A stretch of 64,000 nucleotides of DNA from Actinomycetota bacterium (lineage in GTDB: Bacteria; Actinomycetota; Geothermincolia; Fen-727; Anoxymicrobiaceae): positions 104,534-168,533 of the forward strand of contig JAHJCO010000019.1 in assembly GCA_018831265.1 (NCBI GenBank), in the 5' to 3' direction. Made by a program: the position numbers and the translations under genes. This document shows positions 37,177 through 46,489 of the stretch, one piece after another. The notes beneath the pieces were generated by a model. The model did not search any database. It was given only the letters and a program-made list of their open reading frames with translations, and was not told the origin of the DNA. How positions within the stretch are numbered: the first letter of the stretch is position 1; each line of letters begins with the position of its first letter.

Positions 37177-39056
37177 TGATCGAGTATGACCCCGAGGCGC
37201 TGACAAGGCGGTACCCCGGGAAGTTCGCGCCCGACGAGAAGGTCTTCGATGCCATCCGCAGGGGCGACCACCTCTACGTCGGCACCGGCTGCGGCGAGCC
37301 TCAGCACCTGCTCAAGGCGCTGGCCGCATTCGTGGACGACAACCCCAAGGCGTTCTTCGACGCCGAGGTGTTCCAGGTCTGGACCCTGGGGGTCGCTCCT
37401 TACGCCGAGGAGAAGTTCCTCTCCAACTTCCGGCACAACTCCTTCTTCATCGGGGACAACACGCGACAGGCGGTGAACGAGGGGCTGGCCGACTACACGC
37501 CCGTGTTCCTCTCCGAGGTGCCGGACCTGTTCCGCCGGGGACTGGTTCCCATCGACGTAGCGCTCATCCAGGCATCACCGCCGGACCGCAACGGCTACAT
37601 GAGCCTGGGTGTCAGCGTAGACATAACCAAGGCGGCGGTCGAGGTCGCGGACAGGGTAATCTGCCAGGTCAACCCCCGCATGCCGCGCGTGTTCGGGGAC
37701 TCCTTCATCCACGTCGAGGACGCGACCTTCCTGGTGCACTTCGAGGAGCCGCTGCTGGAGTATACGGCAACGGTCCCCGGCGAGCTGGCCCGTAAGATCG
37801 GGGGGTACGTGGCCAGGATTGTCGAGGACGGAGACACCATCCAGGTCGGTTACGGGAGCATACCGAACGCAATCCTGGCCGGGCTCGCCGAGAAGAAGCA
37901 CCTGGGAGTGCACACCGAGCTGCTGAGCGACGGCATCGTCGACCTCACGCGCTCCGGGGCCGTGGACAACAGCATGAAGGCGGTCGATAAGGGCAAGACG
38001 GTCGCAACGTTCTGCATGGGCACCGCGCCCACCTACGAGTTTATCGGGGACAACCCCTCCATCGAGTTCAGGCCCATAGACCGGACCAACAACCCGCTGG
38101 TCATCGCGGCCAACAGCCGCATGACCGCTATCAACGGCGCGCTGGCCGTGGACCTCACCGGCCAGTCCACCGCCGAGTCAATCGGCCCCATGTTCTACTC
38201 GGGCATCGGCGGCCAGGCCGACTTCATGAGGGGGGCGGTGCTCTCCCCCGGGGGGAAGTCGATACTGGTCCTGCCCTCCACCACCGCGGACGGGGAGACC
38301 TCCCGGATCGTGCCAAGCATCCCCGAAGGGGCGGGCGTGACCCTGACCCGCGGGGACATCCACTACGTGGTGACCGAGTACGGCATCGCCTACCTGCACG
38401 GCAAGAACATCCGGCAGCGGGCCATGGAGCTGATCGCCATCGCCCACCCACGGTTCAGGCAGTGGCTCATCGACGAGGCGAAGGGCTCCAACCTAATCTA
38501 CAGCGACCAGATCTTCGTCTCCGGCAAGGAGGGGGAGTACCCCGAGGAGCTCGAGAAGCCCCGCACCACCCGCGCCGGCCTGGAGATACTGCTGCGCCCG
38601 GTCCGCATGAGCGACGAGCCGCTGATCAAGGACTTCTTCTACTCCCTGTCCGACCAGAGCAACTACCGGCGGTTCATCATGCTGCGACAGCGGCTCTCGC
38701 ACGAGGTCCTGCAGAAGTTCGTGGCCATAGACTACACGCGTGAGATGGCGATTCTGGCGACGGTGCGGGAGGAGGAGATGGAGAAGGTGGTCGGCATGGG
38801 CCAGTACGTGGTCACGGGGGACACGCACACGGCCGAGGTCGCGCTGGCCGTGCGGGACGATCACCAGAAGCAGGGTATCGGCACCGAGCTGCTCCAGCAG
38901 CTCGAGCGGGCGGCCCGGCGCCAGGGCCTCCTGGGTTTCACCGCCGTGGTCCTGGGCGAGAACAGGCCGGTGATGAAGATGCTGGAGCGCTCCGGGTATG
39001 ACGTGCACAAAAGCAGCTCGGAGGGGGTCGTCCACCTCACCGCCAACTTCCGCTGA
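37176..39056 (+). CDS. Bifunctional acetyl-CoA hydrolase/transferase-family domain fused to a C-terminal GNAT acetyltransferase domain
   Basis: N-terminal ~430 aa matches the CoA-transferase family III-like Cat1/Ach1 fold (GTGCGEPQ ... GIGGQADF). C-terminal GNAT Q/R-x-x-G-x-G/A motif HQKQGIGTELL. Paralog at 48006..49898 (-). Confidence 0.8.
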   Translation: MIEYDPEALTRRYPGKFAPDEKVFDAIRRGDHLYVGTGCGEPQHLLKALAAFVDDNPKAFFDAEVFQVWTLGVAPYAEEKFLSNFRHNSFFIGDNTRQAVNEGLADYTPVFLSEVPDLFRRGLVPIDVALIQASPPDRNGYMSLGVSVDITKAAVEVADRVICQVNPRMPRVFGDSFIHVEDATFLVHFEEPLLEYTATVPGELARKIGGYVARIVEDGDTIQVGYGSIPNAILAGLAEKKHLGVHTELLSDGIVDLTRSGAVDNSMKAVDKGKTVATFCMGTAPTYEFIGDNPSIEFRPIDRTNNPLVIAANSRMTAINGALAVDLTGQSTAESIGPMFYSGIGGQADFMRGAVLSPGGKSILVLPSTTADGETSRIVPSIPEGAGVTLTRGDIHYVVTEYGIAYLHGKNIRQRAMELIAIAHPRFRQWLIDEAKGSNLIYSDQIFVSGKEGEYPEELEKPRTTRAGLEILLRPVRMSDEPLIKDFFYSLSDQSNYRRFIMLRQRLSHEVLQKFVAIDYTREMAILATVREEEMEKVVGMGQYVVTGDTHTAEVALAVRDDHQKQGIGTELLQQLERAARRQGLLGFTAVVLGENRPVMKMLERSGYDVHKSSSEGVVHLTANFR

Positions 39057-39136
39057 CTAAGATAGGGGTCAGGCGGGAGTCTATTCACATGGTTGTTGGC
39101 GTGACTTGACTGGTGCCTGACCCCGATTCTAGTCAG
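39054..39136. repeat. GGGGTCAGGC-TIR element with extended TIRs CTGACTAAGATAGGGGTCAGGC / GCCTGACCCCGATTCTAGTCAG
   Basis: Begins at the stop codon of the preceding gene. Confidence 0.75.
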
Positions 39137-39666
39137 GCGTTGAGCTTGTTCTTCACCTTGTCCACCTTGGGAGCCACCACCATCCTGCAGTAAGGCTGCA
39201 TGGGATTCTTCGCGAAGTACGCCTGGTGGTACTCCTCGGCGGGGTGGAAGGCGACCAGTGGCTTCACCTCGGTGACGATCGGCTTGTCGTAGCGATCCGC
39301 GATCCGCTCCATGAACCGCTCGACCCGCTCCTTCTGCTCGTCTGAGCCGTACAGGACTACCGAGCGGTACTGGGTCCCCACGTCAGCCCCCTGGCGGTCG
39401 GGCGAGGTGGGGTCGTGGGTGTAGAAGAAGAACTCCAGCACGTCCTCCAGGGGCACGGTGCCCGGGTCGAACTCCACCTCGACGACCTCGGCATGGCCGG
39501 TCCTGCCCCGGCAGACCTCCTCGTAGGTCGGGTCGGGTGTGATCCCGCCCGCGTACCCGGGAGTCGCCCGGATGACCCCGGGGATGCTCGCCAGCGCCGC
39601 CTCCGTGCACCAGAAGCAGCCGCCCCCCAGGACGATTGTCTCGGTCCTGTCACTCATCATCCTCAC
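39133..39666 (-). CDS. msrA: Peptide-methionine (S)-S-oxide reductase
   Basis: [10 protein letters not shown] active-site motif. Confidence 0.9.
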   Translation of the reverse strand: MRMMSDRTETIVLGGGCFWCTEAALASIPGVIRATPGYAGGITPDPTYEEVCRGRTGHAEVVEVEFDPGTVPLEDVLEFFFYTHDPTSPDRQGADVGTQYRSVVLYGSDEQKERVERFMERIADRYDKPIVTEVKPLVAFHPAEEYHQAYFAKNPMQPYCRMVVAPKVDKVKNKLNA

Positions 39667-40030
39667 CCCTGAGCTTGAGCGATATCGAGTTCACGCAGTG
39701 CCGCGTGTTCTTCGGGGTAAGACCTTCTCCCTCGAAGACGTGGCCCAGGTGGCCGCCGCAGCGCGCGCAGGTTATCTCCGTCCGGAAGCCGTCCGCGTCG
39801 GTGGTCCGCACGACCGCCCCCTCGATCTCGTCATCGAACGCCGGCCACCCGCAGCCCGAGCGGAACTTGTCCACGGACCTGTAAAGGGGCGCCTCGCACC
39901 TCCTGCATACGTAAGTACCGGGCTCGAAGCAGCCCTCGTATTCGCCCGAGAACGGCATCTCGGTGCCCTTGTCGACCATGACGCGCTCTTCCTCGGGGGT
40001 CAACTCGTTCAGCTTCATGTCATTCTCCAT
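39650..40030 (-). CDS. msrB: Peptide-methionine (R)-S-oxide reductase
   Basis: CxxC...CxxC zinc site and the [17 protein letters not shown] catalytic region. Overlaps msrA by 17 nt. Confidence 0.9.
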   Translation of the reverse strand: MENDMKLNELTPEEERVMVDKGTEMPFSGEYEGCFEPGTYVCRRCEAPLYRSVDKFRSGCGWPAFDDEIEGAVVRTTDADGFRTEITCARCGGHLGHVFEGEGLTPKNTRHCVNSISLKLRGEDDE

Positions 40031-40036
40031 AATAGA

Positions 40037-40132
40037 GGGGCGTCGGACACTTTCATTGCGTTATGACGCTAACGACATCGGCCTGGTCCAACGGCACTGC
40101 AAGTGTCCGACCCCCCGGTTCGTCCAAGGGTC
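40037..40132. repeat. GGGGCGTCAGAC-family MITE-like element (GGGGCGTCGGACACTTTCATTGCG ... CCAACGGCACTGCAAGTGTCCGACCCCCCGGTTCGTCCAAGGGT)
   Basis: Shares TIR and internal core with 14831..14928 and 63020..63186. Confidence 0.7.
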
Positions 40133-40410
40133 GGTCATCCCTTACGTCCCGGTGTAACTTTTGTCACATGGAGCGTAGCGCCTCCCCCTGCGTCTGGCAT
40201 ATGAGCCCGGTCAACCCGGGCCCCACCCCGCGCCCACCCGGGCGCCCGCAGTGAGAGGCGCTGATGTCGGGAGTTCAACGCCCGGGGCCCGAATCCTGCA
40301 CGCGCCTGAGATTATTCCGAAGTCTGGCCCCGTCATTCGTGACGGTTCAGTCACGGGACCATTTTCCCGATATACCATGTGGGGGTCGGACGCCTATCCA
40401 GGGGGTAGTC

Positions 40411-43400
40411 ATGGGCAAGAGAGCGACCGCACCGATTGCATGCTTTCTCGTGCTGGTGGGACTCGTGTTCGGGGTCGGGTGGAACTGCCGGTCGGCGAGC
40501 GCGGGGCGGGCGGAGATCTCCGGCGACCACGTGCCGGGCGAGGTAATCGTCAAGTTCAAGCCCGCGGTGGCGGCCAGCACCGAGGACGCCGTACTGGCAA
40601 CGGAACGACTCACAGTCAAGCACGAGAACGAGCGGCTTGGCTTCAAAGTGGTCGACCTTCCCGGAGGCACCTCGGTTGCTGAGGCCGTGGCCGATCTTTC
40701 TGCCGACCCACGGGTGGAGTATGCCGAGCCCAACTACATCGACCACGTCCTCGATGAGCCTGCGATGGTCCCCGACGATCCCCTGTACCCCAGCCAGTGG
40801 CACATGCACGGCTTCGCCGAGGGCGGCATCGACGCCCAGACCGCCTGGGACACCGAGGAGGGCGACCCCACGGTCATAGTGGCGGTGGTGGACACCGGGG
40901 TAGCCTACGAGAACTACGGGAGTTACAGCCAGGCGCCGGACCTGGCGGGTACCACCTTCGTTTCGCCGTACGACGCAATCGACCTGGACGGGCACCCGAA
41001 CGACACTAACGGCCATGGGACGCACGTGACCGGGACCATAGCCCAGACGACCAACAACGCGCTGGGGTGCGCCGGCGCAGCCCACGGGTGTACCATTATG
41101 CCTGTGAGGGGCATCGGTACGCATTCCCAGATGGCCGATGCCTACACCTGGGCCACCGACCACGGGGCGGATGTGATCAACTACAGTGGCGGCGGTAGCG
41201 CTTCGGAGACAAAGAGGGCCGCCTGCCAGTACGCGTACGACAACGGTGTCACCATCTGCGCCGCTACCGGGAATGACAACGGCCCGATTATTTACCCGGC
41301 GGCATATGATCTGTACTGCATCGCCGTAGGGGCCACCGACCGTAACAAGAACCGCGCATGGTACTCCAACTACGGTCCGCAGATAGACGTTGTCGGTCCC
41401 GGTGGGGACACGACAGGCGGGTCGGTGAACGGCGTCTGGCAGCAGACCTACGTGACCGAAGACGACCCCTCCAGCGGCTTCAATTACCAGGGCTGGCAGG
41501 GGACGTCAATGGCCACGCCTCACGTGAGTGCGACGGCTGCTCTCTATATCTCAAACTCGGGGATAATCAACAACCCCGACGCGGTGAGGTCCCGTCTCCA
41601 GACCACGGCACACGACCTCGGCGGAGCCGGCTGGGACCAGTACTTCGGTTACGGGCTGGTTGACGCGAACCTCGCGGTGATAGCCGACAATCCCGTGCCG
41701 GTCACCACATCCATTTCGCCTGACAACCGGAACGCCGGGGCCCCCGGCTTCACCCTGACCGTCAACGGGGCGGGATTCGTAGCGGACTCACAGGTCCGCT
41801 GGAACGGCTCAGACCGCACCACGACCTACATATCGGGCAACCAGCTGACGGCGCAGATCGCGGCCGGAGACATCACAACCGCCGGGAGCGCCCTGGTCAC
41901 CGTGTTTAACCCCGCTCCGGGGGGCGGCACCTCCAACGTACAGACATTCGACATCCAGACCCCGGTGAACCCGGCACCGAGCATTTCATCGCTCTCACCT
42001 GACCACGCGACGGCCGGCGGCCCCGGGTTCACCCTGACCGTCAACGGTACGGGGTTCATCGGTGATTCGCAGGTGAGCTGGAATGGCGCGAACCTTCCCA
42101 CCACTTACGTCTCGAGCACCAGGCTCACGGCTACCGTCCCGGCGGCGAGCATCGCCGGCGGAGGGGCCGCACAGGTGTGCGTGTCGAACCCCCCGCCCGG
42201 GGGAGGGGAGTCGGCCGCGAAGTCGTTCTCCATCGTCCAGGCCGCCTCGGAGTGGTACCTGGCCGAGGGCACGACCGGTTGGGGCTTCGACACCTACGTA
42301 TCGATCGTCAACCCCAACGACAGCGCGGTGAACGCTCAGGTGACCTACAACACAACGAGCGGCCCGATGGACGGAGGCACGGTGAACATGCCGCCCGAGA
42401 GCCGGGCCACCGTCTACCCCAGGGACGTCCTGGGCGAGGCCGACTTCTCGACCACGGTGACCTGCGCGGGGGGAAAGCCGATAGCGGTGGACCGCACCAT
42501 GACATGGACCGGCACGGGGGCGGCCGCCGCCGAGGAGCACTCCTCCATAGGGGTCACGGCCCCCGCTACCACCTGGTACCTGCCCGAGGGCTCGTCCGCA
42601 TGGGGGTTCGAGACCTGGCTGCTCATCCAGAACCCTGGCGCGACCGGCGCGACCTGCCAGGTCACCTACATGCTGGAGGGCGAGCCGCCGGTCACGGTCC
42701 AGAAGGGCGTCCCGGCCGGCTCCAGGCAGTCCTTCAACATCGCGGAGGACATCGGGACCAGGGATGCCAGCATCTCCGTTGTGTCCGACGCGCCCGTCAT
42801 CCCCGAGCGCGCCATGTACAAGGACGCCCGGCGCGAGGGCCACGACTCCATAGGCACCACCACCCCGGCGGCCGACTACTACCTGGCGGAGGGCACCACG
42901 GCCTGGGGGTTCACCACCTACGTGCTGGTGCAGAACCCGCAGGACCAGGCGGCCGACGTGACCGTCACCTACATGACACCGGAGGGTGCGCTCGAGCAGC
43001 CTGCCTTCAGCCTGCCCGCGAACTCACGCAAGACCATAAGGGTCAACGACGTGAGCCCCGCGGCCGGCTACCCCATAGACGTCTCCAACACCGACTTCTC
43101 GACCCGGGTACACGCCAGCAAGCCCATAATCGCGGAGCGGGCTATGTACTGGGAGTCCGAGACGGGCCAGGCCTGCCACGACTCCATCGGTATGAGCGAG
43201 CCGCACGCGACCTTCTACCTGCCTGACGGACAGGCGGGAGCCCAGGTGGAGACCTGGACCCTGGTGCAGAATCCCAACGGCACCCCGGTCGAGGTCGAGG
43301 TGACCTACCTCTCGCCCGACGGCACCGCGAACAAGACCTTCACCGTCACCATCCCCGCCAATTCCCGCTCTACCTTCAACATGGCCGATCAGGGCGTAGA

Positions 43401-43521
43401 CGGAAGGGCCGGGATCATGGTCACCTGCCTCACTCCCGGCGCGAAGATCATGGCCGAGCGCGCCATGTACTTCGACAACAGGTCCGGCGGTACGGATACC
43501 ATAGGCGGCTACAGCGATTAG
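40411..43521 (+). CDS. Secreted S8 subtilisin-like serine protease with Fn/Ig-like spacer domains and tandem C-terminal ~105-aa repeat modules (paralog of 18200..21253)
   Basis: Signal peptide MGKRATAPIACFLVLVGLVFG. VVDTGV, HGTHVTGTIA and GTSMATPHVS motifs. Repeats WYLAEGTTGWGF...VNPN. Confidence 0.9.
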   Translation: MGKRATAPIACFLVLVGLVFGVGWNCRSASAGRAEISGDHVPGEVIVKFKPAVAASTEDAVLATERLTVKHENERLGFKVVDLPGGTSVAEAVADLSADPRVEYAEPNYIDHVLDEPAMVPDDPLYPSQWHMHGFAEGGIDAQTAWDTEEGDPTVIVAVVDTGVAYENYGSYSQAPDLAGTTFVSPYDAIDLDGHPNDTNGHGTHVTGTIAQTTNNALGCAGAAHGCTIMPVRGIGTHSQMADAYTWATDHGADVINYSGGGSASETKRAACQYAYDNGVTICAATGNDNGPIIYPAAYDLYCIAVGATDRNKNRAWYSNYGPQIDVVGPGGDTTGGSVNGVWQQTYVTEDDPSSGFNYQGWQGTSMATPHVSATAALYISNSGIINNPDAVRSRLQTTAHDLGGAGWDQYFGYGLVDANLAVIADNPVPVTTSISPDNRNAGAPGFTLTVNGAGFVADSQVRWNGSDRTTTYISGNQLTAQIAAGDITTAGSALVTVFNPAPGGGTSNVQTFDIQTPVNPAPSISSLSPDHATAGGPGFTLTVNGTGFIGDSQVSWNGANLPTTYVSSTRLTATVPAASIAGGGAAQVCVSNPPPGGGESAAKSFSIVQAASEWYLAEGTTGWGFDTYVSIVNPNDSAVNAQVTYNTTSGPMDGGTVNMPPESRATVYPRDVLGEADFSTTVTCAGGKPIAVDRTMTWTGTGAAAAEEHSSIGVTAPATTWYLPEGSSAWGFETWLLIQNPGATGATCQVTYMLEGEPPVTVQKGVPAGSRQSFNIAEDIGTRDASISVVSDAPVIPERAMYKDARREGHDSIGTTTPAADYYLAEGTTAWGFTTYVLVQNPQDQAADVTVTYMTPEGALEQPAFSLPANSRKTIRVNDVSPAAGYPIDVSNTDFSTRVHASKPIIAERAMYWESETGQACHDSIGMSEPHATFYLPDGQAGAQVETWTLVQNPNGTPVEVEVTYLSPDGTANKTFTVTIPANSRSTFNMADQGVDGRAGIMVTCLTPGAKIMAERAMYFDNRSGGTDTIGGYSD

Positions 43522-43570
43522 GTGGGGTCAGACCCGTGAACTTGGATCTACCTGCGAGGGTCTGACCCCG
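43517..43570. terminator. Hairpin GGGGTCAGACCC-N23-GGGTCTGACCCC immediately after the protease stop codon (GGGTCAG repeat family)
   Basis: Inverted repeat read directly. Confidence 0.6.
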
Positions 43571-43809
43571 TAGGGCCGAGTGCTGCACCCTCGCGGTTTC
43601 GGCATGTCATTGAGACGCATTTGAAATGGTGGCAACTTGACCCAGTACTTGACGCATAGGGCCGCGCGCCTGGCCGAGGACCCGGAGTCCTGAGGTCTGC
43701 TCGGGCTCGCCCCCGGGACGTTCGGACTCGACGGTTGCGCCCTGGGTTACCCGGAGGAGATCCCGCCCCCGACCAGGCGGCCGGAGTTCGCGAAGGCGGT
43801 CACCTGGCA

Positions 43810-44571
43810 CTACGTGTAGGTCACGTATTCACGGATGCGTTCTACCGTCTTGTCCACGAAGTCCGGGTCGGACATCGCGACCTCGATGGCGTCCCTGGGG
43901 CACACCGTGGCGCACCGCCCGCAGGCCCGGCACATCTGTGTGATGACCGCCCGCTTGTCCACGACCTCGATCGCCCCGATGTAGCACTTCTCGGCGCATT
44001 TTCCGCAGCCCTTGCACTCGTCGGTCACGGTTATGGTGACACCCTCCAGGTGCGGCTGCGCGCCCTCGATGACGCTCAGGGGGCTCAGCGCGGTGTAGCG
44101 CGTGACACAGCAGCACTCGCAGCAGTAGCAGACCGTGACCATCCGGCTGCGGTCCTTGATGCCGAAGATGAAGTTGTCCACCCGCGCCTTGCCGATTATC
44201 GGCACCAGCCCCGCGTCCACCGCCTTGCGGGAGTGCTCCTTGGCCTCCTCGACGCTGACCTCGCGGCTGGGGTACCTGTGCTGCTCCATCGCCGAGTCGC
44301 CCATCAGCAGGCAGCCGACCTCGACGGGGTAGTGCTCACACTTGAATCCCCTGCGGCACCCGCAGTAGTCGATGATGACGCGGTGGGACGCCTCCTCGAC
44401 GATGCGGTCCAGGACGGCGAGCGGCATGGGCATGTCACCATGCATCTGGATGTCCTCGTTTATCGGCAGCCACCGCATGTCGGTCTTGTCGGCCCGCACC
44501 CAGGGGTGCCAGCGGTCGATGAGCGGCAGGTGGTTGAAGACCGCCATGGTGCCTCGGACCAGCCGTCCCAT
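43810..44571 (-). CDS. Uncharacterised Fe-S protein, short paralog. Cys-rich domain ending in a C-Y-C-C-E-C-C-C motif plus 2x[4Fe-4S] ferredoxin domain.
   Basis: TVCYCCECCCVTRYT. CKGCGKCAEKC and CRACGRCATVC. The longer ORF start at 44637 lies inside a repeat element. Start taken as ATG 44571 (MGRLVRG); ATG 44547 (MAVFNHL) is an alternative. Confidence 0.65.
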   Translation of the reverse strand: MGRLVRGTMAVFNHLPLIDRWHPWVRADKTDMRWLPINEDIQMHGDMPMPLAVLDRIVEEASHRVIIDYCGCRRGFKCEHYPVEVGCLLMGDSAMEQHRYPSREVSVEEAKEHSRKAVDAGLVPIIGKARVDNFIFGIKDRSRMVTVCYCCECCCVTRYTALSPLSVIEGAQPHLEGVTITVTDECKGCGKCAEKCYIGAIEVVDKRAVITQMCRACGRCATVCPRDAIEVAMSDPDFVDKTVERIREYVTYT

Positions 44572-44612
44572 CCCCTTGTTCTGCTGAGTGCCCTTCAATG
44601 AACCTTCCTTTC

Positions 44613-44690
44613 CCTGACTAAGAATGGGGTCAGGCACTATTCTGAGTCATTGCACTGAATCGAATCGCGCCTGACCCCTATCCTAGTCAC
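44613..44690. repeat. GGGGTCAGGC-TIR element with TIRs CTGACTAAGAATGGGGTCAGGC / GCCTGACCCCTATCCTAGTCAC
   Basis: Between flavodoxin and the short Fe-S gene. Confidence 0.75.
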
Positions 44691-45189
44691 CGGCCTTTGC
44701 GATCACCTCACGGGCGAACTCGCGCGCCCGCTCGATGCGAGACTCGTCCGGCTGCCCCTTCCCCTCGCCGGACGCACCCGCCTCACCGAACGCCCTGAGC
44801 TTCGGGTCGTCGGCCTTGAGCAGGAAGTCGATTATCGCCTGGTCCACCTCACCCTGGCAGTCGAACAACCCCAGCAGGTCGGCTTCGGACGCCGCCTCCC
44901 TGCAGGCCGCCAGCCAGCCGGCGACGTCCTCGTGGTCCTCCGGGGCGCCGTGGGTGGTGAAGACCGCGACCGTCTTGCCGGCGACGTTATTCTCGATGAA
45001 CTCCTTCGCCGCCGGGTTGGGACCCCCGGCGTTGATGGGAAAGCCGATGAAGATGAGGTCGTAGGCCTCGAGGCTCTCGATCCCTGACAGCTCCCCGAAC
45101 TCCTTCTCCCCGGGGACCTCCCCGAAGATCGCCTCGGCGACCCTCCTGGTGTTGCCGGTGTTGGATACGTAGGTCACGAGCGTCTTCAT
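44683..45189 (-). CDS. Flavodoxin
   Basis: MKTLVTYVSNTGNTRRVAEAI FMN-phosphate loop. 168 aa. Confidence 0.85.
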   Translation of the reverse strand: MKTLVTYVSNTGNTRRVAEAIFGEVPGEKEFGELSGIESLEAYDLIFIGFPINAGGPNPAAKEFIENNVAGKTVAVFTTHGAPEDHEDVAGWLAACREAASEADLLGLFDCQGEVDQAIIDFLLKADDPKLRAFGEAGASGEGKGQPDESRIERAREFAREVIAKAGD

Positions 45190-45293
45190 CCTTCAGGACC
45201 TCCCGGGTCGTTTCAGTGCGGTTCGATCAGACTATTATAGTGTGGACGGTCTCCGTACGCATTGTCACCACCGGAAGGCCCTTGCTTGACAGA

Positions 45294-46383
45294 TCAAGGT
45301 GAGTTCAGCCTGATGAAATCCTCGAGCTTCCCCTTCTCGGATAGTATCGCCAGGCCCACGTCCCGGCCGGTCGCCGCGGGCTCCGGTACGCCCTCGCGCC
45401 GCACCAGGGTGAGGGCGCGCTCCGGGCATCCCGTCACGCACAGACCGCAGCCGATGCATCTGGCCGGCTCGACCGTGGCGAGGTCGTCCACGACCAGTAT
45501 GGCCCCCATCACGCAGCGCTGATCAGCGCAGGTCCCGCACCCCACGCAGACGTCCGGATCGACCTCGGGCAGGAACCCGCTGCTCACCAGCACGCTCGGG
45601 TTGTCGAACTCGGTGAGGGAGCGAAGCAGGTGACAGCAGCACGGGCAGCAGTTGCATATCAGGCTCAGCTTGTCCCGCGAGTTGTTGACCTGGTGGACCA
45701 GGCCGGCCTCGTCCAGCTCGCGAAGCATCCGCTTCATCTCGTCTTTGGTGATGTACCGGGCGAAACCGTGCTCGACCAGGAAGTCGCAGGCGCCGTCGAA
45801 GACCATGCACGCCTCGCGCGGGGCGTCGCAGCGCTGCTCGCTCTCGCGGCAGGCGCAGTGGGCGATCCCGACGGCCTTCGCCCGGTCGATGAGGTCGTAG
45901 AGCATCTCGCAGGTGAGGACCCCGGGCGCGCTCTCGACCTCCTCCTGGATCGGGACGATGCGGGATATCGCCATGCCGGGGCTGCCCAGACCCTTGCCCA
46001 GCACCGGCATGTAGGCTCGCCACAGGGGCGCCAGCCTCTCGGTGAGCTCGTTACTCTCGCCCTTCATGAACGGGAACTCGAACAGCCCCGGCATCACCGG
46101 GAGCAGGGAGTATCGCGTCGTGCCGTCCTTCTCGCGCGCCATTACAACCCCGCGGTCGGCGAGCGCCTCCAGCACCTCCGCCGCGCCGGGCGCGGGAAAC
46201 CCGGCCTTCTCCGCCACCTCGTCCGGGGCTCGGGGGACGAACGCCAGGCCGCAGGCCAGCAGCGCCTCGTCCTCGCTGAACAGGAGGCGCAGTATCTCGT
46301 CTATCTCGGGCGCCGGTGGGCAGCCGGTCACGTAAGTGTCGATGTTCCGGCGCAGCTGCTCGTATACGTCGTCCTCTTCCATA
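45294..46383 (-). CDS. Uncharacterised Fe-S protein, long paralog. Winged-helix-like N-domain, Cys-rich domain with a C-N-C-C-P-C-C-C motif, and 2x[4Fe-4S] ferredoxin domain.
   Basis: LICNCCPCCCHLLRSL. CVGCGTCADQRC and CIGCGLCVTGCP. GAGGAGG SD before ATG 46383. Confidence 0.7.
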
Positions 46384-46489
46384 GTGCTCCTCCTCGCTCC
46401 CTCCGCGGCACGGGCCATGAGACCACGTTCCTTCAGATAAACTATATGATGTGTGCGGATAAGGAAATGACGGCTGACGGAGCCCGGAC

